A stretch of DNA of 10,942 nucleotides, taken from the NCBI GenBank assembly GCA_038736825.1, contig JAVYME010000036.1, positions 1 to 10,942 on the forward strand. The letters are read 5' to 3'. Shown piece after piece: positions 7,504 through 10,942 of the stretch; position 1 is the first letter of the stretch; every line of letters begins with the position of its first letter. Both the position numbers and the translations under genes were made by a program. This DNA comes from Candidatus Iainarchaeum sp. (GTDB lineage: Archaea > Iainarchaeota > Iainarchaeia > Iainarchaeales > DTGL01). Under the pieces are notes generated by a model. It did no database searches and was not told the DNA's origin. It worked only from the letters and a program-made list of their open reading frames with translations.

Positions 7504-7528
7504 AAGAACCAACAACCACTGGTTGAAA

Positions 7529-7536
7529 AAAATAAA
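7529..7536 (-). promoter_or_regulatory. TATA-like element (TTTATTTT on the minus strand) upstream of the giant gene
   Basis: Its centre is about 29-30 nt upstream of ATG 7503 on the minus strand, and no convincing Shine-Dalgarno lies between them. This is compatible with a leaderless or very short-leader transcript. Confidence 0.3.
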
Positions 7537-7545
7537 TGCGAAAAG

Positions 7546-7553
7546 TTTATAAA
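7546..7553. promoter_or_regulatory. Palindromic TATA-like box TTTATAAA in the divergent intergenic region
   Basis: The 8-mer is a perfect palindrome and so could serve either divergent transcription unit. It lies ~46 nt from ATG 7503 (minus strand) and ~44 nt from ATG 7594 or ~65 nt from GTG 7615 (plus strand). Confidence 0.3.
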
Positions 7554-7564
7554 TAACAAGAGCA

Positions 7565-7572
7565 TTATATTT
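7565..7572 (+). promoter_or_regulatory. TATA-like element TTATATTT upstream of the small secreted ORF
   Basis: Its centre is about 25-26 nt upstream of ATG 7594, which is leaderless-type geometry. Confidence 0.3.
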
Positions 7573-7593
7573 TGTGCCTTTCTTTAAATTTGA

Positions 7594-7902
7594 ATGGGAA
7601 AAAGGGTGATATACGTGAATTTTAAGTTTTGGGTAATAGTTTTAATTTTAATAAATTTTTGCATAGTGGTGTTTGCTGACACTCAAACCACCACTTTGAG
7701 TTGGGTTATTCCCGCAAACGTTGTGCACACTCTCTCTTATGGTGGCAATTGTTCAAATTCCGCAATGTATTTTATTGAAACAAATTCTCCAGAGGATCCA
7801 GACATTGACGGAAATGGCGCAAAAATAATTCCATATGATGCAGCAAGCAGTGGCATTTCAATAGACAGGCCACATTTTAGGCTAATCATAACAGTAAACT
7901 AA
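7594..7902 (+). CDS. Small secreted protein (95-102 aa precursor) with signal peptide; mature part resembles the start of the giant protein's C-terminal domain
   Basis: ATG 7594 gives MGKRVIYVNFKFWVIVLILINFCIVVFA/DTQ. The alternative GTG 7615 is preceded by GGGTGAT (7604-7610) plus a 4-nt spacer and gives MNFKFWVIVLILINFCIVVFA/DTQ, a textbook Sec signal. The mature ~73 aa are Thr/Ser/Asn/Asp-rich. Stop is TAA 7900-7902. There is no alternative long ORF here on either strand. Confidence 0.6.
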   Translation: MGKRVIYVNFKFWVIVLILINFCIVVFADTQTTTLSWVIPANVVHTLSYGGNCSNSAMYFIETNSPEDPDIDGNGAKIIPYDAASSGISIDRPHFRLIITVN

Positions 7903-7930
7903 ACTGCCTGTGAGCCCTATCTAAACCAAA

Positions 7931-7944
7931 TTTTTAGACTTTTT
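7931..7944 (+). terminator. Two oligo-T tracts (T5 at 7931-7935 and 7940-7944) downstream of the small ORF
   Basis: Archaeal RNA polymerase terminates at oligo-T tracts. These are the first T5 runs after the stop at 7902, and they precede the next TATA-like box (7957-7964). Confidence 0.3.
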
Positions 7945-7956
7945 CTTAAAAAGATT

Positions 7957-7964
7957 TTTAAATA
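7957..7964 (+). promoter_or_regulatory. TATA-like element TTTAAATA upstream of the 685-aa membrane protein gene
   Basis: Its centre is about 23-24 nt upstream of GTG 7984. Only a weak AGG lies between them. This is again leaderless-type geometry. Confidence 0.35.
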
Positions 7965-7983
7965 ATGGAAGCATAATAGGTTT

Positions 7984-10041
7984 GTGCTAGCAAAAAAACT
8001 GCCTTTGGTTTTGCTCTTTCTGTTGTTTTTCCATTTACTGGTTTTTGCGGATTTTAAGGGAACAGACTTAAAATGGCTTTCTGCAAGCGAAAACCTTTAT
8101 GAAATAAATATAACCGCAGATCATACGCCTGAATTGAACCAAGTTGTTGAAATAAAAGTGTCATTTTCAAAGCAAGGGGTTTTGCTTTCCGGCGACATAA
8201 ATGGCACAATCACGAAACCGGATGCTTCAACTGAGAGTTTCAATTTTGTACAAACTGGGGACGGCAATCACCAGTATAATTTTTTGTTTGAACAAAATGG
8301 GGCTTACACTCTTGACATAACCGCAGTTGATGAAAATGGCTTTCTTGCAAGGAAAAGAGATTATTTTTATGTTGGAGCATACAATATCAACAGGTCTATA
8401 ATAAGCCAGCAAGATTTTCTTCCAAACTCTATTGTCACCATTATGGTTTATGCAAGCGTTAATCCACCGCTGGTGCGTGCTAGGGGAACAATTTCAATAA
8501 ATTATCCCAATGGAAACGCTCTTGTGTCAAATGCAAATCTCACTGAATCTACAACGCCAGGATATTACTCTTACAGTTTCACAGCGCCAAACATTCTTGG
8601 AACATATACTTACAACATAACAATGGTTTCTGGAGCGAATAGTGTTTCAAAAACAGGCAGTATAAACATCAATGTGTTGGGAGCCATTTGCGGCAATGGT
8701 TTTTGTGAAACAAATGAAACCTGCACAAACTGTGAAAGCGATTGCGGTGCGTGTACAATGCCAACTCCAATACAACAACCTGGCGGGGGCAGTGGAGGCG
8801 GAACAGGCGGTGGAGGTAGTTTTGCAAAACCCACTCCAACGCCAGAAACCTTTGAAAAACCAAAGATTAGAGCAGAAGGCATTTCTGTAAAGCCATTTGA
8901 ACTTGGAAGCCCTGCAATAATTAGCGGCAAAATCATAAATTCTTCAGACAAAAAAGCCACAGTACTAGTTTCAGTCATAATTCAATACGAAAACACACTG
9001 GAATATGTGGATGAAAGGGTTTACCTTGACATATTGCCTTCTTCCTCTCAAGACTTTTCAATGCTTTTGCCTTGGACTCCAAAAATTGCTGGCTCGCATG
9101 TAATGACTTTAACATTGTATTCAATTGACAAAACCGTTAAATTTGACGAACAAGTAAAAGTTTTTGAATTGCCAGGCGAAATGCGTTACGATCTAGAAAT
9201 CAAGTGCATTACTCAAAACACGGCAGCAGGACTGCCAGCCTATTTTGAAATATTTGCCTACAATTTAGGACAATACTATTCCGACATAGGCCTTTACTGG
9301 TTTATAGAGGACAGTGAAGGAAAAGTCCAGTTTTCTTCTTCAACGCCGTTTGCACTCAAGCCTGACGAAAAGGCAACCAAAGCGTTTATTGCCACAATTC
9401 CGCAAAACGCAAAATCAGGAATTTACACTGCAAGGGCAAAACTTTTACACCTTGAAAACGGCAATCAACCGGAAAGAGAAGCGATTTGCACTTTTAATGT
9501 TTTAAGCCAGCCAAACTATTATGCTTTAGAGGTTTTTGACTTAAACAAAAGGCTTGAAGAAGCGCAAAGCGCGGTTGAAGAACTAAAATTAAAAGGAAAA
9601 AATGTTTTAAGCATTGAATTGAAAATCTCTCAAGCAAGGCTGGCTCTTTTTGAAATAGAAACATTGATTGGCAACCGCAATTTTGAAGGAATTGAACTCA
9701 AATTAATAGATTTGTTCAAAAAAATAAACGATATTGAAAAAGAAATAGAACAAATCAAAAAAGAACCAGTTTTTGATTTCACAATTGTTTTGTTTTTGAT
9801 TTATGGCTTGATACTTTTGCTTTTAGGGTTCTTTTTTTATAGGCATATGCGACTGGCTGCTGAAAGAGAGGAAAAGTTTTCAAAAATTTTGGAAGCAAAC
9901 ATTCGCTCTGCAAGAAAGGCAAAAAGCCTTATTCCAATCGGCAAATCCTTATGGCATGAACCACAACACAAGCGGTTAATGCGAAAAATTCACGAAACCA
10001 GTCATGCCCATAAGCACGCTTTAAGCCATCATAAAAGTTAA
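7984..10041 (+). CDS. Type-I membrane surface protein: signal peptide, Ig-like domains, Cys-rich module, Gly/Pro linker, two CARDB-like domains, coiled-coil stalk, C-terminal TM helix, His-rich cytoplasmic tail
   Basis: GTG 7984 gives MLAKKLPLVLLFLLFFHLLVFA/DFKG, a signal peptide. Two beta-sandwich modules follow, with the P-[DN]-G...G-x-Y pattern (TKPDAST...NGAYTLDITAVD; NYPNGNA...PGYYSYSFTAPNILGTYTYNITM). Next come CGNGFCETNETCTNCESDCGAC (8689-8754), the linker PTPIQQPGGGSGGGTGGGGSFAKPTPTPE (8755-8865), and two CARDB-like repeats (~8872-9168 and ~9181-9504). A heptad-rich segment, LNKRLEEAQSAVEELKLKGK...KKINDIEKEIEQIKKE, spans ~9520-9765. The TM helix FDFTIVLFLIYGLILLLLGFFFY spans 9772-9840, followed by a basic tail ending HETSHAHKHALSHHKS. 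Stop is TAA 10039-10041. Confidence 0.85.
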   Translation: MLAKKLPLVLLFLLFFHLLVFADFKGTDLKWLSASENLYEINITADHTPELNQVVEIKVSFSKQGVLLSGDINGTITKPDASTESFNFVQTGDGNHQYNFLFEQNGAYTLDITAVDENGFLARKRDYFYVGAYNINRSIISQQDFLPNSIVTIMVYASVNPPLVRARGTISINYPNGNALVSNANLTESTTPGYYSYSFTAPNILGTYTYNITMVSGANSVSKTGSININVLGAICGNGFCETNETCTNCESDCGACTMPTPIQQPGGGSGGGTGGGGSFAKPTPTPETFEKPKIRAEGISVKPFELGSPAIISGKIINSSDKKATVLVSVIIQYENTLEYVDERVYLDILPSSSQDFSMLLPWTPKIAGSHVMTLTLYSIDKTVKFDEQVKVFELPGEMRYDLEIKCITQNTAAGLPAYFEIFAYNLGQYYSDIGLYWFIEDSEGKVQFSSSTPFALKPDEKATKAFIATIPQNAKSGIYTARAKLLHLENGNQPEREAICTFNVLSQPNYYALEVFDLNKRLEEAQSAVEELKLKGKNVLSIELKISQARLALFEIETLIGNRNFEGIELKLIDLFKKINDIEKEIEQIKKEPVFDFTIVLFLIYGLILLLLGFFFYRHMRLAAEREEKFSKILEANIRSARKAKSLIPIGKSLWHEPQHKRLMRKIHETSHAHKHALSHHKS

Positions 10042-10060
10042 ACTTTAAATCTAAAACCGC

Positions 10061-10942
10061 TTATGCCTTTACAATCCTGTACGAGGCTCTTTTCATTCGG
10101 TTCATTATCGCCAAACCCAAGCCTTCCTCGCTAATTCCTTCCGCAATTATTATTTGGATTCCCTCCCTGTCAAATGCCCTAAATTTTTTGAAAAGGTTTC
10201 TAGCAATCTCTTTGTGAGAAGAACCAGCAAATTTCAAGGAATCTGCAGAATAAGGGCTTTTTTTTGAACAATAAAGCACTCCAACAATTTTTCCCTTCTT
10301 TTTGAATTTAAGCGCTAAACCTGCAATTTTTGCCCTAACCTTTTCTGGTTCGCCTTCCACTAAAAAAATTTTGGCTTTTGGAGAATAATGCCTGTACTTC
10401 ATTCCAGGAGACTTGGCTTTTGCCTTTAAAGAAAAAAGCTTGCCTTTAAGCGAAGAGTGCAATTTTATTGGCCCCAAAATTTCTTCAATTTCCTCCCTTG
10501 TAATGCCGCCAGGCCTTAACAGTGTTGGCGGATTGCTGGTTAAATCTATTACAGTGGATTCTAATCCAATGGTTGCATTGCCGCCATCAATTATTGCTTC
10601 AACTCTTCCTTTTAGGTCTTGAATTACGTGTTTGGCGATTGTTGGAGAGGGTTTTCCTGAAAGGTTTGCGCTTGGCGCGGCAATTGGCACTCCACTGGCT
10701 TTGATTAGCGCGCGAGCAATTTTGTGTGAAGGCATTCTTATTGCCACAGTGTTCAAACCACAAGTGACTTCGCATGGCACCAGTGAAGATTTTTTCAAAA
10801 CAATTGTGAGCGGTCCAGGCCAAAAGGCTTTTGCCAGTTTCAATGCTTTGAAGGGCACTTGCAAGGCAAGTTTTTCCAAGTCTTTTTTTTCTGCAATGTG
10901 CACTATCAATGGGTTGTCATAGGGCCTGCCTTTTGCTTTGAA
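10061..10942 (-). CDS. sua5: L-threonylcarbamoyladenylate synthase, Sua5 type (YrdC catalytic domain plus C-terminal Sua5 domain); 5' end beyond the window edge
   Basis: The frame is open to nt 10942, and the 'M' at 10909 in the ORF track is an internal TTG (Leu). The translation FKAKGRPYDNPLIVHIAEKKDLE...KAFWPGPLTIVLKK...LNTVAIRMPSHKIARALIKASGVPIAAPSANLSGKPSPT...IIDGGNATIGLESTVIDL...PTLLRPGGITREEIE is the YrdC/Sua5 t6A catalytic domain. It is followed by the extra Sua5 C-terminal domain (KYRHYSPKAKIFLVEG...IIAEGISEEGLGLAIMNRMKRAS). Stop is TAA 10061-10063. Confidence 0.9.
   Translation of the reverse strand, partial: FKAKGRPYDNPLIVHIAEKKDLEKLALQVPFKALKLAKAFWPGPLTIVLKKSSLVPCEVTCGLNTVAIRMPSHKIARALIKASGVPIAAPSANLSGKPSPTIAKHVIQDLKGRVEAIIDGGNATIGLESTVIDLTSNPPTLLRPGGITREEIEEILGPIKLHSSLKGKLFSLKAKAKSPGMKYRHYSPKAKIFLVEGEPEKVRAKIAGLALKFKKKGKIVGVLYCSKKSPYSADSLKFAGSSHKEIARNLFKKFRAFDREGIQIIIAEGISEEGLGLAIMNRMKRASYRIVKA

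Noticed and set aside
7939-7953. Hairpin CTTTTT-CTT-AAAAAG followed by TTTTT as a bacterial-style intrinsic terminator
   Set aside because: The 6-bp stem is almost entirely A-T and too weak to be meaningful. The oligo-T tracts alone are the more defensible termination signal if the organism is archaeal.
8610-8978. Minus-strand 122-aa ORF containing PPPPVPPPLPPPG
   Set aside because: It is the reverse complement of the Gly-rich hinge (GGGSGGGTGGGG) of the 685-aa protein. It is an artefact of a GC-rich, stop-poor stretch.
9760-10041. PGF-CTERM / PEF-CTERM archaeosortase sorting signal at the end of the 685-aa protein (EPVFDF + TM)
   Set aside because: Those signals end within a few basic residues of the TM helix. 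Here a ~65-aa tail follows, and the PGF/PEF tripeptide is absent. The giant protein's C-terminus (…TSTSGPS) has no hydrophobic segment at all.
10413-10922. Plus-strand ORFs 10413-10622, 10522-10704 and 10632-10922, and minus-strand alternative-frame ORF 10599-10823, within sua5
   Set aside because: They are shadow ORFs inside a strongly conserved Sua5/YrdC coding frame.
1-10942. CRISPR array, tRNA/rRNA genes, IS elements, integrases, terminal inverted repeats, known defence or toxin-antitoxin genes, stop-codon reassignment
   Set aside because: No non-coding gap exceeds ~90 nt, and I saw no direct-repeat/spacer periodicity. No ORF has transposase, integrase, nuclease, ATPase or TA-like motifs. 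All long ORFs are intact under the standard code, apart from the single homopolymer frameshift.

Overview
AT-rich, very compact window. By my tally only about 270 of 10,942 nt lie outside long ORFs. It reads like a small-genome archaeon; DPANN-like is a guess from TATA-box geometry, leaderless-type starts and sequon-rich surface proteins, not a demonstrated result. The flanks are housekeeping genes: a 5'-truncated MgtE-family Mg2+ transporter (1-546, +) and a 5'-truncated Sua5-type threonylcarbamoyl-AMP synthase (10061-10942, -). Two blocks lie between them. (i) A CrtI-family phytoene desaturase (580-2109) is followed 5 nt later by a UbiA-family prenyltransferase, which is split by a 1-nt frameshift exactly inside a C6 homopolymer (2536-2541). 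(ii) A ~7 kb block holds four envelope genes that I cannot assign to any named family. On the minus strand, a giant ~1190-aa secreted protein (3925-7503/7515), a sequon- and Cys-rich mosaic of beta-sandwich domains, is translationally coupled to a 285-aa N-terminally anchored protein (3058-3915). Transcribed divergently from these are a small secreted ORF (7594-7902) and a 685-aa type-I membrane protein (7984-10041). The 685-aa protein is built as signal peptide / Ig-like domains / Cys-rich module / Gly-Pro linker / two CARDB-like domains / ~80-aa coiled coil / TM helix / His-rich tail. My main hypothesis is that this block encodes an undescribed two-component surface layer (canopy plus stalk, analogous in logic to SlaA/SlaB) or a host-attachment module. 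I saw no rRNA, tRNA, CRISPR array, transposase/integrase or recognisable defence gene. All domain calls come from reading the translations by eye; no database search was run.
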